Shown piece by piece: positions 46,825 to 56,745 of a DNA stretch of 64,000 nt; the first letter of the stretch is position 1; every line of letters starts with the position of its first letter. Made by a program: the position numbers and the translations under genes. Where the stretch lies: contig JAJZPQ010000006.1 of assembly GCA_021811085.1 (NCBI GenBank), forward strand, positions 4,914-68,913. Reading direction: 5' to 3'. The notes under the pieces were generated by a model, which was not told the origin of the DNA, made no database searches, and was given only the letters and a program-made list of their open reading frames with translations. This DNA is from Pseudomonadota bacterium. Lineage in GTDB: Bacteria; Pseudomonadota; Gammaproteobacteria; Burkholderiales; SG8-39.

Positions 46825-47686
46825 CTTACAAGTGCAACGCGCGGAGTTCGTGCGGGAACAGGTGGAAATGAGCGCGTTCGGCGTGGTGGAGAAGCCCCTC
46901 ACTGTCTGGGAGAAGGTCTTCAACCGGGACGAAGTGCGCAAGGGGCTCATCCTGGTGGCACTCGCCGTGATCTGGCAGGCCTACGCCGCCCACCTCAACA
47001 ACCCGCTACTTTTCCCCACCTTCAGTTCGACCATAGAGGCCCTGTGGGACCACATGGTGAACGGCAGCCTGCTCACCAAAGCGTGGTTCTCCATCAAGGT
47101 GCTGCTCATGGGTTACGCCGCAGGGGTCGTGCTGGCCACTTTGCTCACCATGGTCGCGATCACCTCCCGCCTGGGCAACGATTTTCTGGAAACACTGACC
47201 GCGATGTTCAACCCCCTGCCGGCCATAGCGCTGCTGCCCTTGTCCCTCATCTGGTTCGGGCTGGGCAACGGCAGCCTCATCTTCGTTCTGATCCACTCGG
47301 TGCTGTGGCCGGTAGCGCTGAACACTCACTCCGGGTTCATGTCGGTGTCCAACACCATGCGCATGGTTGGGAGAAACTACGGCCTTGGCGGGTTCCGCTA
47401 CGTTTCCAAGATCCTGATCCCGGCGGCGTTCCCCAACATTCTCGCGGGATTGAAGATCGGCTGGGCGTTCGCCTGGCGGACCTTGATTGCCGCCGAGCTC
47501 GTGTTCGGTGCGACCTCCGGGTCGGGGGGCTTGGGCTGGTTCATCTACGAGAACAAGAACGAGCTCGAAATCCCCAGCGTGTTCGCCGGGCTGTTCACCG
47601 TGATCCTCATCGGCCTCATCGTAGAGAACCTGATCTTTCGCAATATCGAGCACAGGACCGTGCGCAAGTGGGGAATGCAGAACTGA
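46817..47686 (+). CDS. ABC transporter permease (NitT/TauT family)
   Basis: 289 aa with 6 predicted TM segments and an EAA-like loop (WAFAWRTLIAAELV). Overlaps the ATPase stop by 8 nt. Confidence 0.85.
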   Translation: MSDLQVQRAEFVREQVEMSAFGVVEKPLTVWEKVFNRDEVRKGLILVALAVIWQAYAAHLNNPLLFPTFSSTIEALWDHMVNGSLLTKAWFSIKVLLMGYAAGVVLATLLTMVAITSRLGNDFLETLTAMFNPLPAIALLPLSLIWFGLGNGSLIFVLIHSVLWPVALNTHSGFMSVSNTMRMVGRNYGLGGFRYVSKILIPAAFPNILAGLKIGWAFAWRTLIAAELVFGATSGSGGLGWFIYENKNELEIPSVFAGLFTVILIGLIVENLIFRNIEHRTVRKWGMQN

Positions 47687-47806
47687 GCGGCGGGACGGCG
47701 GTGGTTCCTCCGGCATCGCCAATTGCCTGTTGCGGGTGCTCGCGTTTTGCAGTGATATCTTGACGGGCCGATTCGGCGGCGCCTTAGCTGGGAGCGCAGG
47801 CCGGGA

Positions 47807-49876
47807 TTAATTGCGTGCCGGTTCAACGCCGGTATCAGCATGTCGCGGCTCTTGGCAAAGCATCGCGCCGCTTTCGTGCAATTTCACTGACCAGTTAGGC
47901 GGTACTACAGAGGTACCGCCTGCCTCTTCCACTATGGCGGGCCCGCTAAACGTGAACTCGGGCTCCAAGGCTTCGCGTAGGTAGACCGGACAGTCGACCC
48001 ACCCGTCGAACCACACGGAGCGCCGTTCGATCAGTGGCTTCCCGCCCTGCGCAGGCTTGTATTTGAGCTGTGGTTTGTCGACGTCGCCGAGGGAGACCAG
48101 GCGGATATTGACGATTTCCACGTCGTGTTCGACAGAGGAATAGCCGAAGTTCTCCTTATGGCGGGCATGAAATGCTTCGCGTAGTGGCGCCCAATCCCTG
48201 TCGGTGGGGTTCCATTCGATCGGAAGCGTAAACGACTGCCCGACGTAGCGAAGGTCGAGCGAGTACGTGTGGCGATGCCGGTGTACGGAGATGCCGTCAC
48301 CCAACAGGAGTTTCTCCGCCGATTCGCGCAGACAGGCGGCGCGTGCTTTCAACTCCTCAATGCCTAGAACGCTCAACTTTCCGCCAGAAGCAAGGACGAA
48401 ATCCCGGTGGATATCGGCCAGCATCTGGCCAAGTGCGCAAAGGTGGCCAGGTAAGCGGGGAATCATCACGCGCGCTATGCCCAGTTCCTCGGCGACATGG
48501 AAGATGTGCATCGGTCCCGCGCCACCATATCCGACCAAGGTAAAGTCCCGCGGATCGAATCCGCGGTGAACTGAGACCTCGCGCACTGCGCCGGCCATTT
48601 TCGTAACTGCGATGCGTAACGCGCCGTCGGCTAGTGCAACGATGTCCGGAACTCGCAATTCTTCGGCAATGTTGCGGAATGCCCGCTCGGCGTGTCCCTT
48701 GTCAAGCTTTAGACCGCCGCTGATTGGGCGCCGGGTGGGCAGCCGGCCGAGGATCAGGTTGGCATCCGAGATGGTCGGTTGGTTGCCGCCGCGACCATAG
48801 CAAGCCGGGCCAGGTACTGCACCGGCGCTTTGTGGGCCGATCTGGAGCGTTCCGTCTGCGCCGATCCAGATGATTGAGCCTCCTCCTGCACCGATGGCAT
48901 GGATGTCAAGCTGTGGCATCTGGAGCGGGTAGGCGTCGATCTGGTTGTCGTAGGACATGAGCGGTTTGAGTGCGTGCACGAGTGAAACATCGGTGCTTGT
49001 GCCCCCCATATCAAACGTGATGATGTTGGCAATTCCGGCAAGCTCGGCGACCCGAATTGCGCCGCTAACGCCGCCGACCGGCCCCGAGAGGAACGTGCCG
49101 GCCACACATTGCGAGGCCGCTTGCAGTGTCATCGCTCCGCCGTTGGAGCCCATGATGTTTACAGGTGCTACGACGCCGCGTTCTTTTAGCGCAGCAGTTA
49201 GGGTGCGGAGGTATTCCACCATCAGGGGCGTAAGATAGGCGTTCAGTACGCAAGTGGACGTACGCTCGAACTCTCCACGTTCGCGAACCAGCGCAACGGA
49301 CTGGGATATCGCAGCTTCGGGCATCAGTCTTTGCAATGCGGCAGCTGCCGCAGTTTCGTTAGTGTCGTTCATAAAGCTGTTGATGAACGCCACTGCGATT
49401 GACCGTATGCCCTTTCGGCGGAATTCATCGACGATCGGCACTAGTTCAGCTGCATCGATTTCGCGCTGGATCACGCCTGCAGCAGTCGCTCGTTCAGACA
49501 CCTCAAAGCGTAGATCTCGCGGCACGATCGGTGCCGGCCGTTGCCACACGATATCGAACAGACCTCCGATTAGCCGGCGTCCCTTGCCGATTTCAAGAAC
49601 GTCCCGGAAACCGCGCGTTGTGACCAGACCGGTTGGCGCTCCCTTGCGCTCGAGCAGTGCGTTCGTCGCGATAGTAGTGCCATGAACGAACGCCCGAATT
49701 GAATCCGGGGCGATGCCAAGCGCTGCCAATGCGTCGAGGACCCCTCGCCATTGCTCGCCGGGCAGCGAAGGGACCTTTGCGGCAAGAAGCTCTTGTTCTG
49801 CCGCGTTGAATGCCAGGACGTCCGTAAATGTGCCGCCGACATCGATTCCGACGAGATAAGTAGGACGAATCCCCAT
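47807..49876 (-). CDS. hyuA: hydantoinase/oxoprolinase family protein, A (HyuA-type) subunit
   Basis: YLVGIDVGGTFTDVLAF..FDMGGTSTDVSLV shows the ASKHA-fold ATPase motifs. Length is 689 aa. Confidence 0.9.
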   Translation of the reverse strand: MGIRPTYLVGIDVGGTFTDVLAFNAAEQELLAAKVPSLPGEQWRGVLDALAALGIAPDSIRAFVHGTTIATNALLERKGAPTGLVTTRGFRDVLEIGKGRRLIGGLFDIVWQRPAPIVPRDLRFEVSERATAAGVIQREIDAAELVPIVDEFRRKGIRSIAVAFINSFMNDTNETAAAAALQRLMPEAAISQSVALVRERGEFERTSTCVLNAYLTPLMVEYLRTLTAALKERGVVAPVNIMGSNGGAMTLQAASQCVAGTFLSGPVGGVSGAIRVAELAGIANIITFDMGGTSTDVSLVHALKPLMSYDNQIDAYPLQMPQLDIHAIGAGGGSIIWIGADGTLQIGPQSAGAVPGPACYGRGGNQPTISDANLILGRLPTRRPISGGLKLDKGHAERAFRNIAEELRVPDIVALADGALRIAVTKMAGAVREVSVHRGFDPRDFTLVGYGGAGPMHIFHVAEELGIARVMIPRLPGHLCALGQMLADIHRDFVLASGGKLSVLGIEELKARAACLRESAEKLLLGDGISVHRHRHTYSLDLRYVGQSFTLPIEWNPTDRDWAPLREAFHARHKENFGYSSVEHDVEIVNIRLVSLGDVDKPQLKYKPAQGGKPLIERRSVWFDGWVDCPVYLREALEPEFTFSGPAIVEEAGGTSVVPPNWSVKLHESGAMLCQEPRHADTGVEPARN

Positions 49877-49892
49877 AAAGAAGATGCTCTCT

Positions 49893-51902
49893 CTATTCGG
49901 GTAGGACGGAGACCGCCCGGATCTCGGCCATGGTTCCCGGCGCGGCGTTCAGTACGGCCAGCCCGCGTGGGCCGATGTGTAGCGCAGTGCCATTGTCCTG
50001 TAAGCAGGCCCAACCTCGAAGGGCAGAGGCCGACGTGCTGGCCACCAGTTCGACCAGTGCACCATTGGCTACACCGAGTCGGGCGGCGAACTCACCGGAA
50101 AATTCGAAGCGCCGGCGCGGGCCGTCGTACACGTCGGTCTCAGCTTGCTCAAGCAAGATGCGGACGCGGTCTTTTCTCAGCTGCTCGCGCTCGGCGGTTG
50201 TACCCTCAGCATCCGCACGTCCCTCTTGACTCAGCACAACCCCAAAGCGGCGCCGCGCGTGCTCCGCCGTGAGGTAGCCGAGCGCGACGTCCGACTCTAC
50301 TCTGCCGACATCGCGTAGCAGAGGGTCGCCGTAGCCCCCGCCCCCTGCGGTCTCGATCCGCACGATGTCTCCCTGCTGAAGTGCGAACCCACCGACCTTC
50401 CCGGGAATGGGGGATGGGTCGATTACCATTCCGTCGCGTAAGACGATGAACCGGTTGCCTGCGCCGCTTTTGGCGGTCGCCGTGCCGAACGGCGGAATAA
50501 CACACTTGTCGGCAAGGACCGAAAGGCTTGCGTTTTTGCTTAGAATGCGCAGGTCACGCCGAATTCCGCAGCCGCCGCGGAACTCGCCGTCGCCGCATGA
50601 CCCTTCCCGGATGCCGTACTGCACCACTTCCACGGGACATTGGGATTCCACTACCTCGACCGCCCACACGGCGTTGAAATCGCCTTCGGAATAGGCGCGT
50701 ACGCCATGGTTTCCGTCGAACCCGCGCGTCGCTCCGGTCCCGCCTGCCGGATACTCGTACATGAGGAAAAGGCTGCTGTCCTCGAGCAGACCAGAGAGGT
50801 ATACATGATTGGCGCCGCCTTTCAGGTCGCCAACGCGCTTATTGGGCAGCGCGAGCCCGAGGGCGGAGACTACGAGTGAAGAGAGCAGTGCCCGGCATTC
50901 GACCATTCCGCCGCAAGGGGCGGGTAGTGTCGCGTTAAGAAAGCTTCCGGCCGGATTGACTATTTCCAGGGAATTGAAGGAGCCGTGATTGACTGGCGTG
51001 TAGGGGTCAAGGAATGCCTTGACCATGGTCGCCACCGCGTTGAACGCCATTGCGGGGCCGACATTAATCGGCCCCCTGGTTTGCGGGGAGGATCCGGTGA
51101 AGTCAGCAATCAGCCGATCGCCCGTTACAGTCATCTTAAGCCGTCCAACCAAGGGATCCGGGCTATGGCCGTCGCTGTCCATGTAGCCCTCGGCATAATA
51201 GGTGCCGTCAGGCACCTCTGCGATGCGTTGGCGCATGACCCGCTCAGCGCGAGCGATGAGTTCATCGATCCCTGAGAGTAGTTTTTCGCCGCCAAAGCGC
51301 CGAAAAAGCCGCCGCAGGTGCTCCGCTGCCTTACGCGAAGTCCCGAGCATCGTGTTGAAATCGCCCTTACGCTCGTGGGGGATGCGCATATTCGCGAACA
51401 GCAGGTCAAGAAATGCCTCGTTCATCCGGCCGCTCTCACAGATGCGAGTCGGAACGATCCGTAGTCCCTCTTGATAGATTTCTTTCACCCGGCCGGAAAG
51501 GCTGCCGGGAGTCATGCCTCCCACGTCGCCCCAGTGGCACCGGACCGCGGTAAAAAGCGCCAAGCGTCCCTCGAGAAACACAGGGTAAAGCATCAGCACA
51601 TCGTTCAGGTGTGTGCCACCCGTGTAGGGATCGTTGTGCAGGAAGATGTCGCCTTCGTTGATATCGTTGCCAAAGCGTTTCACGACTTCGGCGGTCGAAT
51701 AGGGAACGGCGAAGATATGAAGCGGATTATCGTCCAGACTTTGCGCGACCAGCCTGCCGTCTGCAGCAACCAGCCCACAAGAGAAGTCGTGGCCCTCGTA
51801 GATGATTGACGAATACGAACTATGGATTACGTTCGCGCGCATCTCGTTGACAACCGCCACGAGCGACTCGCGGATTAGTTCAAGACGTCCTAGTTCGTTC
51901 AT
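49893..51902 (-). CDS. hyuB: hydantoinase/oxoprolinase family protein, B (HyuB-type) subunit
   Basis: LIRESLVAVVNEMRANVIHSSYSSIIYEGHDFSCGL..NDPYTGGTHLNDV. Length is 669 aa. Confidence 0.9.
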   Translation of the reverse strand: MNELGRLELIRESLVAVVNEMRANVIHSSYSSIIYEGHDFSCGLVAADGRLVAQSLDDNPLHIFAVPYSTAEVVKRFGNDINEGDIFLHNDPYTGGTHLNDVLMLYPVFLEGRLALFTAVRCHWGDVGGMTPGSLSGRVKEIYQEGLRIVPTRICESGRMNEAFLDLLFANMRIPHERKGDFNTMLGTSRKAAEHLRRLFRRFGGEKLLSGIDELIARAERVMRQRIAEVPDGTYYAEGYMDSDGHSPDPLVGRLKMTVTGDRLIADFTGSSPQTRGPINVGPAMAFNAVATMVKAFLDPYTPVNHGSFNSLEIVNPAGSFLNATLPAPCGGMVECRALLSSLVVSALGLALPNKRVGDLKGGANHVYLSGLLEDSSLFLMYEYPAGGTGATRGFDGNHGVRAYSEGDFNAVWAVEVVESQCPVEVVQYGIREGSCGDGEFRGGCGIRRDLRILSKNASLSVLADKCVIPPFGTATAKSGAGNRFIVLRDGMVIDPSPIPGKVGGFALQQGDIVRIETAGGGGYGDPLLRDVGRVESDVALGYLTAEHARRRFGVVLSQEGRADAEGTTAEREQLRKDRVRILLEQAETDVYDGPRRRFEFSGEFAARLGVANGALVELVASTSASALRGWACLQDNGTALHIGPRGLAVLNAAPGTMAEIRAVSVLPE

Positions 51903-51953
51903 TGGTGGGTTCGTGTTTGCCGAGGATTCGAACGTGCGGGGGAGGAACCCCGT

Positions 51954-53291
51954 TCAGAGTCGGGTCACCTTGCCAGCATCGATCAAGTCCTTTACCGCGC
52001 CCGCAAACGCTTCTAGCGTCGGGTCAATATCAGCGTCCGTGTGGGCGAGCGAAGTGACTCCGCCGGTGTACGACATAAAATCGACGCCGCGCTTGCGAAG
52101 GCCGCAGGTATAGACATCGAGCGCGTCGCGCTTCATCGAGCGAATCGCGTCGGGGGGAACCTGGTCGATAATGGAGCGTCGGGCATGCTGCCCAAAGTAG
52201 ACGTGGAAGGTTGAAGCTTCGCCATAAACGATGGCATCGACTTGCAGTTGGTCTAGCACCCGTTGCATGCCGGCACGCAGCTGGGCAGCAATGCGGTTTG
52301 CCTGACGGTGGGGCTCACCGGTGCGGATAACTTTAAGGGCCGCCACCGCGGCAGCCGATACTATGGGGCTCGCGTTAAACGTGCCGCGGTGGATGATGGG
52401 TGGCTTGAATCCTTCGATCTCTTGCCTCGGGTCTAGCAGCCGCATAATCTCAGCGCTGCCACCGATCGCGCCGCCGGGCATGCCGCCGGCCACAATCTTC
52501 GCCATGGTCGTCATGTCAGGCTTGATACCGAGCAATGCCTGCTTGCCACCAGGACTCCAGCGGAACCCCGTGATTACCTCGTCGAAGATCAGGACGCAGT
52601 CGTAGCGGTCGCAGAGTGTGCGCAAGGCTCTCAGGAGCTCGTCGGCGATGGGAACGCTGCCCCAGTTAGCGCCTGACACCTCGCAGATCACGGTGCCGAT
52701 CTGTCGATCGGCCTTGAGCCTACTTTCGACCTGATGCGCGTCGGTCGGGCACACCACCATAGTTTCCCGTATGCAATCAGGAACACCCAGCGTGGGAATC
52801 CGGTCGTACGGTGTCTTCATACCTTGGACGACGTAGTCGTGCCAGCCGTGGAAGTGGCCCTCGAAACGCAGGACCTTCGGGCGCTTCGAGTAGGCGCGCG
52901 CGACGCGAAGTGCGAGCATCGTTGCCTCGGTTCCGGACGCGACGAAGCGCACGCGCTCGGCTGAGGGCACGAGTTCCTGTACCAGTTCAGCCCATTGAAT
53001 TTCGAGCGGGTGGACCGTCGCGAAGAACGTGCCCTCGCTCGCCTGTGACACGAGTGCCGCAACAACGTCTGGATGTGAATGGCCGAGCATCATCGCGGCG
53101 CTTCCCATTGCGTAGTCGATGTACTCGCGTCCCTCGACGTCCCATTTCCGCGCGCCTCGGGCGCGGCTGAAATAGGCGGGATACGGTGGTAAGAAGCGCC
53201 CGTCGTGCGAGACACCGCCTGCGAGGGAGATCTGTGCGCGCTCCCAGAGCTCCCTAGACGAAAGGCTCCTCACGTCCACGTTTGCGTTCAT
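51954..53291 (-). CDS. class III (omega-type) aminotransferase, glutamate-1-semialdehyde aminomutase-like
   Basis: GREYIDYAMGSAAMMLGHSHP..ASGTEATMLALRVAR..FDEVITGFR..TMAKIVAGGMPGG (PLP Lys). I chose the ATG at 53291, which has a GGAG RBS. Confidence 0.85.
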   Translation of the reverse strand: MNANVDVRSLSSRELWERAQISLAGGVSHDGRFLPPYPAYFSRARGARKWDVEGREYIDYAMGSAAMMLGHSHPDVVAALVSQASEGTFFATVHPLEIQWAELVQELVPSAERVRFVASGTEATMLALRVARAYSKRPKVLRFEGHFHGWHDYVVQGMKTPYDRIPTLGVPDCIRETMVVCPTDAHQVESRLKADRQIGTVICEVSGANWGSVPIADELLRALRTLCDRYDCVLIFDEVITGFRWSPGGKQALLGIKPDMTTMAKIVAGGMPGGAIGGSAEIMRLLDPRQEIEGFKPPIIHRGTFNASPIVSAAAVAALKVIRTGEPHRQANRIAAQLRAGMQRVLDQLQVDAIVYGEASTFHVYFGQHARRSIIDQVPPDAIRSMKRDALDVYTCGLRKRGVDFMSYTGGVTSLAHTDADIDPTLEAFAGAVKDLIDAGKVTRL

Positions 53292-53417
53292 CCCAGTTCT
53301 CCTTGACAATAAACAAGTACGTGGTTTTGGCTGGTTTGCAGGAATGTCGACATTTATGCAGAGTGCCACAACTTTGTGGAACAGGCAATTGCAGAAGCGA
53401 AAATGGGAGGAGACTCA

Positions 53418-54173
53418 ATGGATCTTCAGTTGCGGGGAAGGGTCGCAGTGGTTACCGGGGCCAGCGCGGGAATCGGGCGAGGTATCGCGTCCGTCCTAGC
53501 GCTTGAAGGCGCGCAGACCGTGCTTGTAGCACGCCGCGCTTCGCTGCTTGAGCAGCTTGCAGAGGAGATTGCGCAGTCCAAAAGTCCCACGCCATTAGTA
53601 ATCTTGGCTGATCTGCGGGACCGCGAGGCACCGCGACGCGTGGCGGAGGAGGTGCTGATGAAGTTTGGGCGCACGGACATATTGGTAAACAACGCTGGGG
53701 GGTCAAGACCTCTGTCAATCGATGCCAACGACGATCTTTGGGAGGAAGCGTTGAGCGTAAATTTCACCGCTGTTCGGAAGATGGCTCAGGCGCTACTTCC
53801 CGCTATGCGGGCGCGGCGTTGGGGTCGGATAGTCAACATCACGGGGTCCTTGGAGCCGAGGACCGTCAACGGAGCGAACGTTGCTAAGGCGGGCGTGCAT
53901 GTATGGGCGAAGGGCCTTGCCTGCGACGTGGCGAAGGAGGGCATTACCGTGAACTGCATCGGCCCAGGGCGCATTCATAGCGAGCAAATTGACGAGCGCA
54001 TGCATCCTACGCCAGAGAACCAGGCCGCATTCGCTGCACTCAACATACCGATGGGCTATTTCGGCGACCCTGAAGACATCGCCTACTTGGTCGCTTACTT
54101 GTCCTCCGAAAAGGCGCGCTATATAACGGGACAAAGTCTGTACGTAGATGGAGGCATGCACCGCGCTATCTGA
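53418..54173 (+). CDS. SDR family oxidoreductase
   Basis: RVAVVTGASAGIGRGIA is the TGxxxGxG motif, with LVNNAGG. A Y/K catalytic region lies in AKAGVHVWAKGLA. Confidence 0.85.
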   Translation: MDLQLRGRVAVVTGASAGIGRGIASVLALEGAQTVLVARRASLLEQLAEEIAQSKSPTPLVILADLRDREAPRRVAEEVLMKFGRTDILVNNAGGSRPLSIDANDDLWEEALSVNFTAVRKMAQALLPAMRARRWGRIVNITGSLEPRTVNGANVAKAGVHVWAKGLACDVAKEGITVNCIGPGRIHSEQIDERMHPTPENQAAFAALNIPMGYFGDPEDIAYLVAYLSSEKARYITGQSLYVDGGMHRAI

Positions 54174-54220
54174 GCCCGGTTCTAGCTCGGCCCACACGTC
54201 ATTGTGGCATTGCCGGTCCG

Positions 54221-54955
54221 TCACTTCTTCGCAGGGACCGACGTCGTGCGATTCACGCGAGCTAAGGAGGTGCGCTCGCTGCGCTCGCGGCGTTCTAGCT
54301 CGGCGAGAGCGGCGACAAGATTTTGTGTGGACAGGCGGCGGTGCAAAGTCTCGGCCAGTTCGGCATCGCGTGCGGCAATTGCCCGAAGTAGGCGCGCCCA
54401 ATTCGCGAGCGACTGCTTACGGCGTTGGGGTTGGCTCAGTCCCAATCGGGTGTATCTTCCAATGCGCAACGCAAAATCGGCGATATAGTCCGTAAGCTGT
54501 TGATTTCCGCTTAGGTGTGTGAACACGGCGACGAGGTCTGCGCTCGCTCTTGCATAGGCGGCGGCATCGTTCTTCGCTGCCTGCAGCTTGCTGTACCCTG
54601 CGTAAAGCGTGCGCTTTACCTCGGGCGAATAGTTGAGCGCAACTCTGCGAGATACAAGCCCGAGCAAGACCGCTCGTATTTCAAACAGATCCTCCAATTC
54701 TCGGCGCGACAGTTTCGTCACCTGAGCGCCGCGCTGCGGGACAATGGATACAAGATTGCGCTGTTCGAGGATCCGGAGCGCCTCGCGGACCGTGGCGCGA
54801 CTCACCCCAAAACTTTTCGCGAAGACAACTTCCTTCAGGCGTTCTGCCGGGCGCAGCTTCTCCTCAATGATCAATGCGCCGATGCGTTCTGCAATCTGCA
54901 AAGGTAGTGTTCGCGTTATTGGGGACGCGGTTAGGGACGTATCCATAGTACCCAT
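54221..54955 (-). CDS. GntR family (FadR/FCD-type) transcriptional regulator
   Basis: LKEVVFAKSFGVSRATVREALRILEQRNLVSIVPQRGAQV forms the wHTH, followed by an FCD-like domain. The gene is divergent from the 55048 operon. Confidence 0.85.
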   Translation of the reverse strand: MGTMDTSLTASPITRTLPLQIAERIGALIIEEKLRPAERLKEVVFAKSFGVSRATVREALRILEQRNLVSIVPQRGAQVTKLSRRELEDLFEIRAVLLGLVSRRVALNYSPEVKRTLYAGYSKLQAAKNDAAAYARASADLVAVFTHLSGNQQLTDYIADFALRIGRYTRLGLSQPQRRKQSLANWARLLRAIAARDAELAETLHRRLSTQNLVAALAELERRERSERTSLARVNRTTSVPAKK

Positions 54956-55047
54956 TATAGAGGCTGATACTATTTTGCCCTAATGTCGACATTATGGCAG
55001 AATGAACTAGAGACTTTACGCAAATCACCAACAGGAGGGTTCAGCAT

Positions 55048-56745
55048 ATGTCCAGCATGTCTGGAGGAAAGGCCGTCGTCGAGTCGCTTCGGGCCGAAGG
55101 CGTAAAGGACGTATTCGGACTCATCGGATCTGCGGGAATGGAGATCTTCGATGCGCTCTACGATGCTCGCGACATTCGATTCATTGGGGTTCGCAACGAA
55201 TGCACTGGCACCCATATGGCAGACGGTTATGCGCGGGCCTCAGGCCGCGCCGGGGTGATTATCGCCGGGCAGAACGGTCCGGGAGCGACGAATCTAGTCA
55301 CTGGCCTGGCGCAGGCATACGCGGCCTTTTCGCCGGTGGTGGCCCTAGCCGGGTCGCTGTCCTCAGCGCATATCTATCGCGATGCTTTCCAGGAGGTCGA
55401 TCAGCAGGCGCTGTTTCGGCCGATCACCAAGAAGACCTGGACTGCTACGCAGTCGGCAAGGCTTCCTGAAATGATGCGAGAGGCGTTCCGCACGGCGCTG
55501 ACACCGCGTTGCGGACCAGTCGCGTTGAACCTTCCGCGGGATCTTCTTGCTGAGGTGGTTGAGATTGCCGAGATCTTTGGTCCGAGCGGGCGCGAAGCCA
55601 TGGGCCGCTCGGCAGGCGATTGGGAGTTGATCGAGCAAGCGGCGCAGCTGTTAGCTGGTGCGAAGAAGCCGCTTATTATCGCTGGGGGCGGGATTAAGAA
55701 CGGGCGGTATCACCGCGAGTTGCTGGCGCTCGCGGAGTTGCTGAAGGCACCTGTCGCTTTGTCGCCCGGGCACGGCGATGCGTTGCCCTGTACCCATGAA
55801 CTGTATGCTGGCCAAGTAGGCCCGCGGGGCAATGCCGTCGCTTCGGCGCTTGCGCTCGAGGCCGACGTCATTCTTGCCATCGGTACACGGCTCGGTTTCA
55901 ACACTACGTTCTACTCTTGGGACAACCTGAATCGATCGGCGAAGATAATTCAGGTGGACATTGAGCCCACTGCCGTGGGTCGATTCTTCCCGGTCGAGAT
56001 CGGAATCGAAGGTGACGCCGGCCGCGTGGCGGTCGCACTGACCCGGGCGCTATCGAGCCACAAGGCCACGGCTTCTGTCGAGTGGACGAAAACCTTCATG
56101 GCAAAGCGCAAGGTTCTTCTCGCCGAGCGGGAGGCGACTGCGGCGGAGGCGGGCGGGTCTCCTATCCAACCGGCCGCGCTCTTCGCGGCGTTACGAGTCG
56201 CGCTCCCAGATGACACGATGTTCACCGTGGATGCAGGGACGCTATGCCTGCAGGCAACTGACCAGATGCTCTATCGTCACCCGCCCGCGCTGTTTTCCCC
56301 GCTTGACTTTGGGCTGGTTGGTTTCTCCTACGCGGCCGGGCTCGGGATAAAGATCGCCTGCCCGGAACGCACGGTGGTCAGTCTGATGGGCGACGGCGGC
56401 TTCGGCATGACACTTGGCGAGATCGGCACGGCTGTCTCTAATGGCATCAACACAGTCTGCATTGTAATGAACAACGGCTGCTGGGGCGCTGAGAAGTCCT
56501 ATCAGAAGGACTTTTTCGGCGAGCGCTACATCGGCGCCGACGTGCCCAATCCGCCCTACGATAAGGTCGCCGAACTCTATGGTGCGAAGGGTTACCGCGT
56601 CGAGCGAACCGAACAAATAGCGCCTATGGTTCGCGCGGCCGTGGAGTGTGGCAAGCCAGCTATTGTGGACATCCAGGTTGACCCCGCCGCGCTCTACAGC
56701 TTTCGCCGGGATTCCTTTAAGCACAGGGACAAGGCAGCCAAGTGA
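55048..56745 (+). CDS. thiamine-diphosphate-dependent enzyme (acetolactate synthase large-subunit-like family)
   Basis: N-terminal Pyr domain (GVRNECTGTHMADGYARASGR). C-terminal TPP motif GDGGFGMTLGEIGTAVSNGINTVCIVMNNG (GDG-X-NN). Confidence 0.85.
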   Translation: MSSMSGGKAVVESLRAEGVKDVFGLIGSAGMEIFDALYDARDIRFIGVRNECTGTHMADGYARASGRAGVIIAGQNGPGATNLVTGLAQAYAAFSPVVALAGSLSSAHIYRDAFQEVDQQALFRPITKKTWTATQSARLPEMMREAFRTALTPRCGPVALNLPRDLLAEVVEIAEIFGPSGREAMGRSAGDWELIEQAAQLLAGAKKPLIIAGGGIKNGRYHRELLALAELLKAPVALSPGHGDALPCTHELYAGQVGPRGNAVASALALEADVILAIGTRLGFNTTFYSWDNLNRSAKIIQVDIEPTAVGRFFPVEIGIEGDAGRVAVALTRALSSHKATASVEWTKTFMAKRKVLLAEREATAAEAGGSPIQPAALFAALRVALPDDTMFTVDAGTLCLQATDQMLYRHPPALFSPLDFGLVGFSYAAGLGIKIACPERTVVSLMGDGGFGMTLGEIGTAVSNGINTVCIVMNNGCWGAEKSYQKDFFGERYIGADVPNPPYDKVAELYGAKGYRVERTEQIAPMVRAAVECGKPAIVDIQVDPAALYSFRRDSFKHRDKAAK

